DNA of 64,000 bases from an uncultured Verrucomicrobiales bacterium. Its GTDB lineage: Bacteria; Verrucomicrobiota; Verrucomicrobiia; Verrucomicrobiales; DEV007. Numbering within the stretch: the first letter of the stretch is position 1; each line of letters starts with the position of its first letter. This document shows, one piece after another, positions 34,581 to 43,564 of the stretch. The position numbers and the translations under genes were made by a program. Where the stretch lies: the NCBI GenBank assembly GCA_964500945.1, contig CAZCRA010000002.1, positions 27,683-91,682 on the forward strand, read 5' to 3'. The notes beneath the pieces were generated by a model, which did no database searches, was not told where the DNA came from, and worked only from the letters and a program-made list of their open reading frames with translations.

Positions 34581-36170
34581 TTGGTCGCCGTGAAATTTCG
34601 TTCTCCCTTCAGCGCTTTCGCCCTCTCCGTCGCATTCCGTGTGCTCTTGATGCCGATCATGGCGGCGCAGGCTCCTGCCGAAGGGGAGGTCGCGGCGCCA
34701 CGGGCTGGGGAAACACCTTTGATCGAACCTGCGTCGCCCGCCTCGGAAGATGAGGGAACGGAAAGGCGGCTTCCCGCCACCGCCTTTTCGGCGCTGCGCC
34801 GGTTGGCGGGAGCGTGGAGAGAGAGTCAGGAGGAACAGGCGTCAGTCGCCCCCGCCCCCTCTTCTGCGGCCGACATCGATGAAGGTCATGCCGAGGGAGG
34901 CGGTGGAATTGAGGTTGAGGACGGTGCGGCGGTCATCGCCGAGAGCGAACCGGCGCCGCTCGTCGTGGTGGTGGAACCTGCTGAGGAAGAACCAGACCCT
35001 ACCGAGTTGGGGGCGCGCCCGATGGTAGTGGAAGACGAAGTTTCCCGGCCATCCGAAGGCGAAGTGGTGGCCGAGATTCCGGTGATGGAAGAAGCCGGCC
35101 CCCCGGTTGTTGATGACGAAGAACCGGCCGCGTTGTTGGCGCAGGCCGCGGAACCGGATCTGGACGAATGGGTCGACGGCGAAGCTTCCGGTTTGGTCCG
35201 CCCGCCGGAGAGCGGGAGCGGACCTGGGCCAAGGGAACGTCGTCCGGAAGGACAGGCTGCATCCTCCGAAGGCGGCGGAGTCGCCCTTCATCCGGTGCGG
35301 GGAAGTTACCGGCTCGGTCCGGGTGACCAGCTCAATTTCGGGCTCCATGGTAAACCCTCACTGACCAGGAAAGCCGTGCCGGTGGGACCGGACGGCACGG
35401 TGAGTTACCTTCAGGCCAGACAGGTGACTGCCGCAGGGCGGACCCTGCCGGCGCTCAAAGCCGAACTCGAGAAGCTCCTCGCGAATTATCACCGCAACCC
35501 GAAGGTCATCCTGACCCCAGCCCGACTCGAGAGCAAACGCTACACCATTCTCGGTGAGGTGCGAAGGAACGGAGCTTACCCACTGGATCAGCAGGTCACC
35601 TTGGTGCAAGCCCTGGCCCGGGCGGGCGGCGTGGTGCTGGGCGCCGACGGAAACGGAGTGACCGAGCTGGCCGATCTTCAGCGTTCGTTCGTCGTGAGGG
35701 AGGGGGCCAGGCTGCCGGTCGATATGGAGGCCTTGTATCTGCGGGGAGACCTGGAGCAAGACGTTCCGCTAAAGGCAGGCGACTACATCTACGTCGCCTC
35801 CCGCGTCCGAAACGAGGTGTATGTGTTCGGGGCGGTCCGGGAGCCCGGGATGAAGGCGATGCCGAGCGGCCGGACGACGTTGGCGGCCATTGCCGCTGCG
35901 GGCGGCTTTGGCCAGGCGGCGTGGCGCGACCGGGTTTTGGTGGTGCGCGGGCGACTGGACCAGCCCGAAGGGTTCATTGTGCCGCTGAACGATGTGATTC
36001 GCGGGCGTAACCCGGATTTTGAGCTTCATCCTGGCGACATCATTTACGTCTCCCGCCGTCCCTGGGCGGTGGCGGTGCAGGTGATGGATCAGGCCTTGCA
36101 GGCCTACATCGACGGCACCGTTGCCGGTTGGGTCGCGGATGGAGACATCGCGGTTTCGGCCGCGTTTTGA
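34581..36170 (+). CDS. Polysaccharide-export (Wza-like, Poly_export plus SLBB) protein with an acidic N-terminal extension
   Basis: A TTG start is preceded by an AT-rich region. A signal-like N-terminus is present. The core reads YRLGPGDQLNFGL...VGPDGTVSYLQARQVTAAGRTLPALKAELEKLL...RYTILGEVRRNGAYPL...TLVQALARAGG...AGDYIYV. Confidence 0.75.
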   Translation: MVAVKFRSPFSAFALSVAFRVLLMPIMAAQAPAEGEVAAPRAGETPLIEPASPASEDEGTERRLPATAFSALRRLAGAWRESQEEQASVAPAPSSAADIDEGHAEGGGGIEVEDGAAVIAESEPAPLVVVVEPAEEEPDPTELGARPMVVEDEVSRPSEGEVVAEIPVMEEAGPPVVDDEEPAALLAQAAEPDLDEWVDGEASGLVRPPESGSGPGPRERRPEGQAASSEGGGVALHPVRGSYRLGPGDQLNFGLHGKPSLTRKAVPVGPDGTVSYLQARQVTAAGRTLPALKAELEKLLANYHRNPKVILTPARLESKRYTILGEVRRNGAYPLDQQVTLVQALARAGGVVLGADGNGVTELADLQRSFVVREGARLPVDMEALYLRGDLEQDVPLKAGDYIYVASRVRNEVYVFGAVREPGMKAMPSGRTTLAAIAAAGGFGQAAWRDRVLVVRGRLDQPEGFIVPLNDVIRGRNPDFELHPGDIIYVSRRPWAVAVQVMDQALQAYIDGTVAGWVADGDIAVSAAF

Positions 36171-36212
36171 CGGGTCCGATTCGCCATCCACCAGTCCTCC
36201 CTCGACATCACC

Positions 36213-37265
36213 ATGCGACGAAACTTTCTCTTTCCTTTGGCACCTTTGCTGACGGGGCTCAGCCTCTCCAGCTGCGCGCTGATGTATTTGGACGACACGT
36301 TTGAACCGGACGAAACCTCGTTCCATCGTCCGCTCGAGCAGCGCCTGGACTTTGTGGCCTTGGATTTCGGGAAGCCGATCGACCAAGAAATGCTCTCAGC
36401 GACGGGAGAGGCTTACCAGGTCGGACCGGGCGACGTTTTGAAGATCGGAGTCGTGGAAATCCCCGAGACGGAGACAGAAACGGTCGTCCTGCCGGATGGG
36501 ATGCTCTATTTCGACGTGGTGGCGCCCGTTCCGGCGGCTGGGAAAACGTTGACTCAGCTGGAACTGATCATGGCGGATTCCCTCCGGGATTTGTATCCGG
36601 ACCCGGTGGTGGCCATCCAAGTGGCCGAGGTCAAGAGCCGGACTTACACCGTGATGGGGCAGGTCGTAGAGCCTGGTGTCTATCCGCTGGACCGGCCCAC
36701 GACGCTTCTGGAAGCCATTTCCTTGGCTGGCGGCGTCTCCAGCCGCGAGGTGGCCTCGGTTTCACAGAACCTGGCCGATTTGAGGCGCTCCGTGGTGCTG
36801 AGGCATGGCCACGTCATTCCCGTGGATTTCGCCGCCCTGATCGAGGAGGGGGACATGTCTCAGAACATCCATCTTCGGCCGGGGGACTACCTGTATCTTC
36901 CAGCCAAAGGCACCGAGAAGGTGTATGTCATGGGCAGCGTGGTGAGGCCGGGGCCCGTGCCGCACTCGAGCGACATGACCTTCATCCGCGCCCTGGCATC
37001 GGCGGGTGGACCAGCTCCGAGTTCCTTCCGTTCTGGGGTTCTGGTGGTGCGGGATGCCATGGGGGGCGAGCCCAGAGTCGCCAGCATCAATCTCCACAAG
37101 CTGCTCCAGGGTGAACTGCGCGATTTCCCGATCGAGGCGAACGACATCATCTGGGTTCCCAAGGCGCCCTGGAAAAAGCTGTCCGAGTATGCCGAGGTGG
37201 CGACGACTTCGGCCGTGAGCACGATCGCGATCCAGGAGGCGGCGGAAAACTTCAACGGAGATTGA
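36213..37265 (+). CDS. Polysaccharide-export (Wza-like) outer-membrane lipoprotein
   Basis: The lipobox is LLTGLSLSSC. The core reads YQVGPGDVLKIGV...LPDGMLYFDVVAPVPAAGKTLTQLE...TYTVMGQVVEPGVYPL...LLEAISLAGG...PGDYLYLP. Confidence 0.8.
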   Translation: MRRNFLFPLAPLLTGLSLSSCALMYLDDTFEPDETSFHRPLEQRLDFVALDFGKPIDQEMLSATGEAYQVGPGDVLKIGVVEIPETETETVVLPDGMLYFDVVAPVPAAGKTLTQLELIMADSLRDLYPDPVVAIQVAEVKSRTYTVMGQVVEPGVYPLDRPTTLLEAISLAGGVSSREVASVSQNLADLRRSVVLRHGHVIPVDFAALIEEGDMSQNIHLRPGDYLYLPAKGTEKVYVMGSVVRPGPVPHSSDMTFIRALASAGGPAPSSFRSGVLVVRDAMGGEPRVASINLHKLLQGELRDFPIEANDIIWVPKAPWKKLSEYAEVATTSAVSTIAIQEAAENFNGD

Positions 37266-37398
37266 GGAGCCGTCACAAAGCAGCCTTCACCCGCGAGAAA
37301 AGAATCACGAAAGCGGTTGCGCGTCGCAAGGTCGTGCTGCTACAGCGTTACGGTTTGCGGCTGCGATCGATGTCCAGCGGCGGACGTTCCTCCATGGT

Positions 37399-40300
37399 AT
37401 GAAACCCGACCGCTCTACGCTCCGGTTCCTGAATTCCTTTCCCGAAGACAACCGGCTTGAAGGCGAACGCTTGTTCCGCAAAGGCCGCGTAACTCAAATC
37501 TTCGGTAATCACCTGGTCGTCAATGGACGGGTCGAGGAGAACGGCACACTCTGCCGGACGACTCTCCGGCTCCAGGGCGACGTTTGGGAGGGCGACTGCT
37601 CCTGCCACGAGGGCGAACACTGTAGTTCGGTCGTGGCGACCATGTTTGCGCGCATGGATCGCGGCGAGGATCTGCCTTCGTCCCCGAACGAAGTAGCGGA
37701 CCAGTCGATCACCGAGATGCTCGAAGAGAAGCTGGGGCGGGAACTTCTGCCGAACGAACAGCAATTCATCGACAAACTTGAGAAACGCTACCGGCGCTTT
37801 GAAACCGAAGGTGAGCTCACGGACCACGATCTCGTCCGCCTCAACGCCAAATGGCCGGTCGAAACCTACGGGCCGATCGAACTGTGGCCGGTTCCACCCG
37901 ACGACATCGTCCATTTCTGGAATTACGTGGCCTACCAGTTTCGAAACCGGAACTTGGCTTATCCAAAGTTCATGGACACGATCACGGATCTCGAAGCCGT
38001 GGAGCAGTCCCTGAAAGACTGGGAACGCGAGAAGGCGGAGGAGGCCTGGAAGAAGGCCATCTTTGGTTTTGACCCGGGTGAGGACGAGGACGCCAAAGAG
38101 GTGGAGTTTCGCGTGATGCTGACGCCGACTGAGGCCCGGCTGCAGTGGCGACCCACCACCGAAGAGGCAGGTCCCTACGATTCGATTCAGGACCGGGCGC
38201 AGTTGGACGTCTTCCGCGAGCGCCACGAGCGCGGGGCACTGCAGATGGACGACCCTTCGGCGCTGATTTTGGAGTCCTTTCTGGCCGTGGTCGATTCGGC
38301 CGAGCACGCGACCATCCGCCTCGAGAACTCGAATCAGGCCGCGGCCTTGAACCGGCTGTTTCACGCCGGGGACGCCGCCACGCGCATGGTAAATCTGGAC
38401 GCTCAGCGGGTGGCGCTGGAGGAGGCGTCCCTTGTATGGGAGTGCCGGGAGGAGGCCCAGGAGCCAGGGATGATGACCCTGCAGCTCGTCACCGCCAAGG
38501 GCGACGACATTCCGCACGCCGTGCGCCTGCTCCCCGGCCTCAGGAACCTCTATCTGGCCGACCATTCGGTGTTCCCCGGCCCGCGATTCTGGGAGGAGGG
38601 CACGGAGGTCTTGCCCAGCTACGAGATACCGGCCAGCCTGTTGTGTAGCGAGGCTGGCGTGGCGTTCCTCGACGGGATCGATGCCAATCTGCCGGAGGCA
38701 CTCGAGAAGCGGATCGAAGAACGGCGCATGCGGGTCCGGCTGGCGATGCGCCTGAATCAAAAGCTGACCGGGAGCGAGAGCGAGCAACTCCTGGTGGAGG
38801 TGACAGCCCAGGACGAAGAGGAAAGCCGCGCCGAGGTCCTCGAACGTGAGGGCTGGATCGTGAGCGATCGCGTGGCGCCCGCCAACGGGACGCTCTACCG
38901 TTACGAACGGGATGCGCTGAGGCCCTTCCCCCGCCTGCTCGAGCCTTTGAACGTGACCTGGGACGCAAGCCGGACCTGCTTCCGGTCGAGAGTGACGAAG
39001 ACGTTTCCCGATAAGTTCGTCGCGTGGTATGAATCGCTTCCCGATGGCATGGAGATCACGCTCGACGAGCATCTCCAGACGCTGATGGCGGATCCGGTGA
39101 AGGCTTCTGTCACGTTCGATATCGTCGCCAGTGAGATCGACTGGTTCGACCTGAAGGTGGTGGTGGATGTCGAGGGGCTAAACCTGTCCATGCAGGAAAT
39201 CCGGGCCCTCGTCGCCGCCCGCGGCGGTTTTGTCCGGATGAAGAACGGCGGTTGGTTGCGGCTGCAGATCGATCTCACCGAAGCGCAAGCCCAGGCGGTG
39301 AGCCGGATCGGTTTGGATCCGTTCGATCTCTCGGGGGAGACGCATCGTCTGCACGTGCTTCAACTCTCCGAGCCGGCCGCGAAGGAGGTTTTCGGCCAGA
39401 AAGCCTGGGAGGAAATCTGCGAACGCTCGAATGCCCTGAAGCTCCAGGTCAAACCGGGAGTTCCGGACAAACTGCAGCTCTCGCTCCGTCCATACCAAAT
39501 CGACGGGTTCCACTTTCTGGCCTACCTCTCGACGAACCACTTTGGCGGCATCCTGGCTGACGACATGGGTCTGGGGAAAACGGTGCAGTCCATCACCTGG
39601 CTGCTGTGGCTCAAAGAGAGCGCTTCGAATGGCGCGCCGGTGCTTGTGGTCTGCCCGAAATCCGTTCTCGATGTCTGGGCGGGTGAGGTCAAGAAGTTCG
39701 CCCCTCACCTGCAGGTGCAAATTCTCCGTAACAAGGGCGATTTGGACATGGCTGACATCCGTGAAGGCGTTGACGTCCTGGTGATGAACTACTCCCAACT
39801 CCGCGTGAACGTGGAGAAACTGATGCAGCAGCGCTGGCTGGCCGTCATCCTGGACGAGGGGCAACAGATCAAGAACCCCGACTCGAAGGCGGCGAAGGCC
39901 GCGCGCCAGCTCGAGGCCGAGAATCGCCTGGTCCTGACCGGGACCCCGATCGAAAACCGCTTGCTCGATATCTGGAGCTTGATGGCCTTCGCCATGCCGG
40001 GCGTGCTCGGAAGCCGGAAGTATTTCCGCGATCGCTTTGACCGGAGGAAAGACCCAAACTGCCAGGAGCGGCTTTCCGCGCGACTGCGCCCCTTCCTTCT
40101 GCGGAGAACCAAAGGCCAAGTGGCGGTGGATCTCCCTCCCCGAACCGAAGAGGACGTGTTCTGCAAGCTGGATGGCAAGCAGGAGGAATTGTATCGGGCC
40201 GAGATCGACCGAATCCAGTCGATGCTGCTGCAACTGAAGAGCGATCAAGACTTCAATCAGGCGCGCTTCACCGTGCTGCAAGGACTTACCCGGCTGCGAC

Positions 40301-40866
40301 AGATCTGCTGCCATCCAGGCCTCCATGACCGGTCCTGCGCTCACGAGGAGAGCGCCAAGATGACCGCCCTCTTCTACCTCCTCGACCAGCTCCGGGAGGA
40401 AGGGCATAAGGTTCTCGTCTTCAGCCAGTTCGTCACGATGCTTGAGATCATCCGGGAGCGGCTTGAAGAGGAATCACGCCCTTACCAGCTGCTCACCGGA
40501 CAGACAAAGGATCGGATGGGAGTGATCGAAGAGTTCCAGACGTCACCGGATCCTTCGGTTTTTCTGTTGTCGCTGAAGGCGGGTGGCGCGGGCCTGAACC
40601 TCACCGCGGCTTCGTATGTCGTCCTCTATGATCCCTGGTGGAATCCCGCCGTCGAGAACCAGGCGATCGACCGGACCCACCGGATCGGTCAGGAAAACAA
40701 GGTCATCGCTTACCGGCTCATCATGCGCGACAGCGTGGAGGAGAAGATCCGGATTCTACAGCAGCAAAAAGAAGCGGTGTCATCCGGAGTCCTGGGCGAA
40801 GAAAGTTTCGCGAGATCGCTGACTCAGGACGATCTCCAATTCCTGTTCACGCCCGGCGGAGGCTGA
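37399..40866 (+). CDS. SNF2-family DNA/RNA helicase with an N-terminal SWIM zinc finger
   Basis: The SWIM finger is GDCSCHEGEHCSSVVATMF. The SNF2 motifs are LRPYQIDGFHFL, ILADDMGLGKTVQ, VILDEGQQIKNP, LTGTPIENRL, KVLVFSQF and DPWWNPAVENQAIDRTHRIGQ. Confidence 0.9.
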   Translation: MKPDRSTLRFLNSFPEDNRLEGERLFRKGRVTQIFGNHLVVNGRVEENGTLCRTTLRLQGDVWEGDCSCHEGEHCSSVVATMFARMDRGEDLPSSPNEVADQSITEMLEEKLGRELLPNEQQFIDKLEKRYRRFETEGELTDHDLVRLNAKWPVETYGPIELWPVPPDDIVHFWNYVAYQFRNRNLAYPKFMDTITDLEAVEQSLKDWEREKAEEAWKKAIFGFDPGEDEDAKEVEFRVMLTPTEARLQWRPTTEEAGPYDSIQDRAQLDVFRERHERGALQMDDPSALILESFLAVVDSAEHATIRLENSNQAAALNRLFHAGDAATRMVNLDAQRVALEEASLVWECREEAQEPGMMTLQLVTAKGDDIPHAVRLLPGLRNLYLADHSVFPGPRFWEEGTEVLPSYEIPASLLCSEAGVAFLDGIDANLPEALEKRIEERRMRVRLAMRLNQKLTGSESEQLLVEVTAQDEEESRAEVLEREGWIVSDRVAPANGTLYRYERDALRPFPRLLEPLNVTWDASRTCFRSRVTKTFPDKFVAWYESLPDGMEITLDEHLQTLMADPVKASVTFDIVASEIDWFDLKVVVDVEGLNLSMQEIRALVAARGGFVRMKNGGWLRLQIDLTEAQAQAVSRIGLDPFDLSGETHRLHVLQLSEPAAKEVFGQKAWEEICERSNALKLQVKPGVPDKLQLSLRPYQIDGFHFLAYLSTNHFGGILADDMGLGKTVQSITWLLWLKESASNGAPVLVVCPKSVLDVWAGEVKKFAPHLQVQILRNKGDLDMADIREGVDVLVMNYSQLRVNVEKLMQQRWLAVILDEGQQIKNPDSKAAKAARQLEAENRLVLTGTPIENRLLDIWSLMAFAMPGVLGSRKYFRDRFDRRKDPNCQERLSARLRPFLLRRTKGQVAVDLPPRTEEDVFCKLDGKQEELYRAEIDRIQSMLLQLKSDQDFNQARFTVLQGLTRLRQICCHPGLHDRSCAHEESAKMTALFYLLDQLREEGHKVLVFSQFVTMLEIIRERLEEESRPYQLLTGQTKDRMGVIEEFQTSPDPSVFLLSLKAGGAGLNLTAASYVVLYDPWWNPAVENQAIDRTHRIGQENKVIAYRLIMRDSVEEKIRILQQQKEAVSSGVLGEESFARSLTQDDLQFLFTPGGG

Positions 40867-40912
40867 CGCGGGCCTCTAAAACAACTGCGGCGTCGCCATG
40901 ATGCGCTGAAGC

Positions 40913-42073
40913 TCAAGCCTGAGGGGTTTTGCCCAGCAATTCTTCGTAAATACCCTCCAGCTTCGCGATCTGCTGGCTGGATTCGAAATTTTCCCGGACA
41001 TCTTCGGCAGCAGCGTGGCTCATGGCCCTCCATCTCTCTTCGCCGGCGGTCAGCTCGTGGAGGTGCGCCAGGAGTGAATCGGTATCGTTTTCGGGCCCTA
41101 ACAGCCCGGTTTGCTCATGCGTGACGGCTTCGGGAATACCTCCGTGAAGGGTGGCGATGACCGGAAGGCCCGTGGCCATGGCTTCCAGCATCGAATTGGG
41201 AATTCCTTCCTGGTTGCGATCCTTTGTGATTCGGCTGGGGTGCAGGAAGAGATGGGCGCTGGCGTAGCGTGCATGGAGTTCCCGCATGGTGAGGAAACCG
41301 GCGAAATCAACCGCCTCAGACACGCCCAGCTCGGCGGCCTGACGTTCCAGCTCCGGCAGCAGCGGTCCGTCTCCCGCGATGGTGAGGCGCGCCTTGGGAT
41401 GACGATGGCGGAACGACGCAAACGCCGAAAGCGTCAAATCCAGTCCCTTTTTCTCAATGAGCCGGCAGGCCTGCACCAGATGCCATGCTCCATCGGCCGG
41501 GAACCTGCGGTCCACACTGGGAAACTCGTCCATGGGAATGCCGGTTCGATTGATCCGGATCTTGTCCGAAGAGCAACCCAATTCCTCCAGCCCCTGCCGG
41601 AGCGATTCGGACCTGGCAAGGACGAGGGGCAGCGTTTGCAGCAATTGACGGAGCCGGTCGAGGTAACCGGGTTGATTCTCCCGAGGCTGAATGTCCATGC
41701 CGTGAAACGATACCGTCACGGGGCGGGGCCAGCGTTCGATAAACGGAAGCAAGTGCACTCCGGTATGACCGAAATAGACATGCATCAGGTCCGCGTGCCG
41801 CCGCTCGAGGATCCGGTTCAGGACGCCGTATTCGCCGCGATAGACGATCGGTGGCTCTTTGCGGACATACTTCAGCCAAAATCGACGGATGAAATTGCTT
41901 CGAACCGGAGGCGCCATCTCCACCGATTTGAATGGGAACGCCTCCTCGCTGCGGCGTTCTTTGCAGATGACGAAGGTGTCGAAACGATCAAGCCCGGTCA
42001 CCTGCCGGTAGATGTGCAGCATCTCCGGTTTCAGAAAGGTCGTGCAGTAGCTGGCGACGACAGGCTTGGCCAT
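40913..42073 (-). CDS. Glycosyltransferase, GT4 (GT-B fold) family
   Basis: The translation shows LTIAGDGPLLPELERQAAELGVSEAVDFAGF and EGIPNSMLEAMATGLPVIAT.HGGIPE. The start is trimmed to the ATG at 42073 (MAKPVVASY). Confidence 0.8.
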   Translation of the reverse strand: MAKPVVASYCTTFLKPEMLHIYRQVTGLDRFDTFVICKERRSEEAFPFKSVEMAPPVRSNFIRRFWLKYVRKEPPIVYRGEYGVLNRILERRHADLMHVYFGHTGVHLLPFIERWPRPVTVSFHGMDIQPRENQPGYLDRLRQLLQTLPLVLARSESLRQGLEELGCSSDKIRINRTGIPMDEFPSVDRRFPADGAWHLVQACRLIEKKGLDLTLSAFASFRHRHPKARLTIAGDGPLLPELERQAAELGVSEAVDFAGFLTMRELHARYASAHLFLHPSRITKDRNQEGIPNSMLEAMATGLPVIATLHGGIPEAVTHEQTGLLGPENDTDSLLAHLHELTAGEERWRAMSHAAAEDVRENFESSQQIAKLEGIYEELLGKTPQA

Positions 42074-42135
42074 GAGCGACCCTGCACGGGAACCGGGCTT
42101 GTGCAATCGGGCGTTCCGGTTAGTTTGCCGCGCGG

Positions 42136-42435
42136 ATGAGACCGACGGAAACACCCCGGGACCGCGAACTGGCCTGGCTCGGCGACGCGGCGCTCGCGCT
42201 CGTGGTCCGAGAGTGGATTCTCGCCTCGCGGGGCGAACTCGACGGAGAAATTCACCGGCGGATCACTTCGAACGATTTCCTGCGGGCATTCGGCCACCCC
42301 ACGCTGGTCGAAGCGGATCTTGGGACGCGTTTCCAAACCGGAGGCATTGAGGCCGTTCGGGGGCATTTCCTGGAAGTCATGCTTCCCAAGTTTCGAGAAC
42401 GGTATGGCGAACTACTGAGGAACTCGCCCGGCTAA
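42136..42435 (+). CDS. Short ribonuclease-III-domain-like protein (99 aa)
   Basis: RELAWLGDAALALVVREWIL resembles the RNase III signature E-x-L-x-x-L-G-D-A. There is no dsRBD. The 3' end overlaps obg by 24 nt (convergent). Confidence 0.5.
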   Translation: MRPTETPRDRELAWLGDAALALVVREWILASRGELDGEIHRRITSNDFLRAFGHPTLVEADLGTRFQTGGIEAVRGHFLEVMLPKFRERYGELLRNSPG

Positions 42436-43515
42436 TTCGTCGAGCCGCTCCCGGAGACGATCGATTCCGTCACCTTCGCTGGCCGACACCGGAAGAATCT
42501 CCACCTTTGGAAAGCGTTCGCGGAAGGCGGTCAGGTGGGCTTCGAACTCCGGCAAATCCTGTTTGTTGGCGACCACGAGCCAGGGGCGTTTGCCGAGGTC
42601 GGTGTCGTAGAGATTGATCTCGCGACGCAAAACTTCCAAATCCTCCACGGGTTGACGGCCTTCCGTTCCGGCCATGTCGACGACGAAAAGCAGAAGGCGA
42701 CAGCGCCAGATATGGCGGAGAAATTCGTGGCCCAGCCCCGCGTTGTCGCTGGCACCCTCGATAAGGCCGGGAATGTCCGCGATCGTAGCCCGGCGAAATC
42801 CGGGGAACTCGATGACACCGACCTGCGGCTTGAGGGTGGTAAACGGGTAGGAGGCGATCTTGGGTTTGGCGGCCGAAAGGACGGAGAGGAGGGTCGATTT
42901 GCCGGCGTTTGGAAGTCCGACAAGCCCGATATCGGCGATCTGGCGCAGCTCCAGGTAGAAAAAACCCGATTCACCCTCTTCGCCCGGTGTTCTCTCTTCG
43001 GGCGCACGATTCGTGGCGCTCTTGAAGTGGACGTTTCCCTTGCCGCCACGTCCGCCCGAGCAAAGCACGAATTCGTCTCCGGGCTCAGTTAAGTCAGCGA
43101 TCAGTTCACCCCGCTCCGCATCCGCGTCGGTGTCGAGCACTTCCTCGGCTTGCGCCTCGAGGTCGTAAAAGAACGCCATGCCATCCTCAACGTTCTCGGG
43201 CTCGGGCCCGGTGGACTGTTTCGTTTCGTAAACTAAAGTGCCCGGGGGCACAGGGAGAACCAGTCGCTTTCCGGATTTGCCGGTCCGCTGTCGCCCCATG
43301 CCGTGCTCGCCATTACCGGCTTTCAGATTGGGTTTGAAGAAGAAGGCACGGAGATTGTCAACGTGCGGATCCACCTTCAGCACGACGTCCGCGCCATGCC
43401 CCCCATCGCCTCCGTCGGGACCTCCTTTCGGCACATACTTCTCCCTGCGGAAACTGGCACAGCCATCGCCGCCGTTGCCGGCTTGCGCAAAGACCCTGAC
43501 GTGATCGACAAACAT
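42412..43515 (-). CDS. obg: GTPase Obg/CgtA
   Basis: The translation shows MFVDHVRVFAQAGNGGDGCASFRREKYVPKGGPDGGDGGHGADV, GLVGLPNAGKSTLL, DIPGLIEGA and NKQD. Confidence 0.95.
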   Translation of the reverse strand: MFVDHVRVFAQAGNGGDGCASFRREKYVPKGGPDGGDGGHGADVVLKVDPHVDNLRAFFFKPNLKAGNGEHGMGRQRTGKSGKRLVLPVPPGTLVYETKQSTGPEPENVEDGMAFFYDLEAQAEEVLDTDADAERGELIADLTEPGDEFVLCSGGRGGKGNVHFKSATNRAPEERTPGEEGESGFFYLELRQIADIGLVGLPNAGKSTLLSVLSAAKPKIASYPFTTLKPQVGVIEFPGFRRATIADIPGLIEGASDNAGLGHEFLRHIWRCRLLLFVVDMAGTEGRQPVEDLEVLRREINLYDTDLGKRPWLVVANKQDLPEFEAHLTAFRERFPKVEILPVSASEGDGIDRLRERLDELAGRVPQ

Positions 43516-43564
43516 CGGATTCTAGTTCGAGGTAGGTAACCGGCATGGGGGGTCAAGCGTCCAA

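Noticed and set aside
37348-39072. A 574-aa minus-strand ORF. Similar long minus or alternate-frame ORFs are 39178..40407 (409 aa), 14310..15323 (337 aa) and 10566..11603 (345 aa).
   Set aside because: All lie antisense to genes with unmistakable family motifs (SNF2 helicase, prenyl synthase, GcvH-like/aminopeptidase). They have Arg/Pro/Gly/His-rich, motif-free translations typical of stop-poor frames in high-GC DNA.
37399-40866. The SWIM-SNF2 helicase as a possible phage-defence or mobile-element module.
   Set aside because: No methyltransferase, nuclease, integrase or other defence partner is adjacent. The SWIM plus SNF2 architecture is a common stand-alone chromosomal gene.
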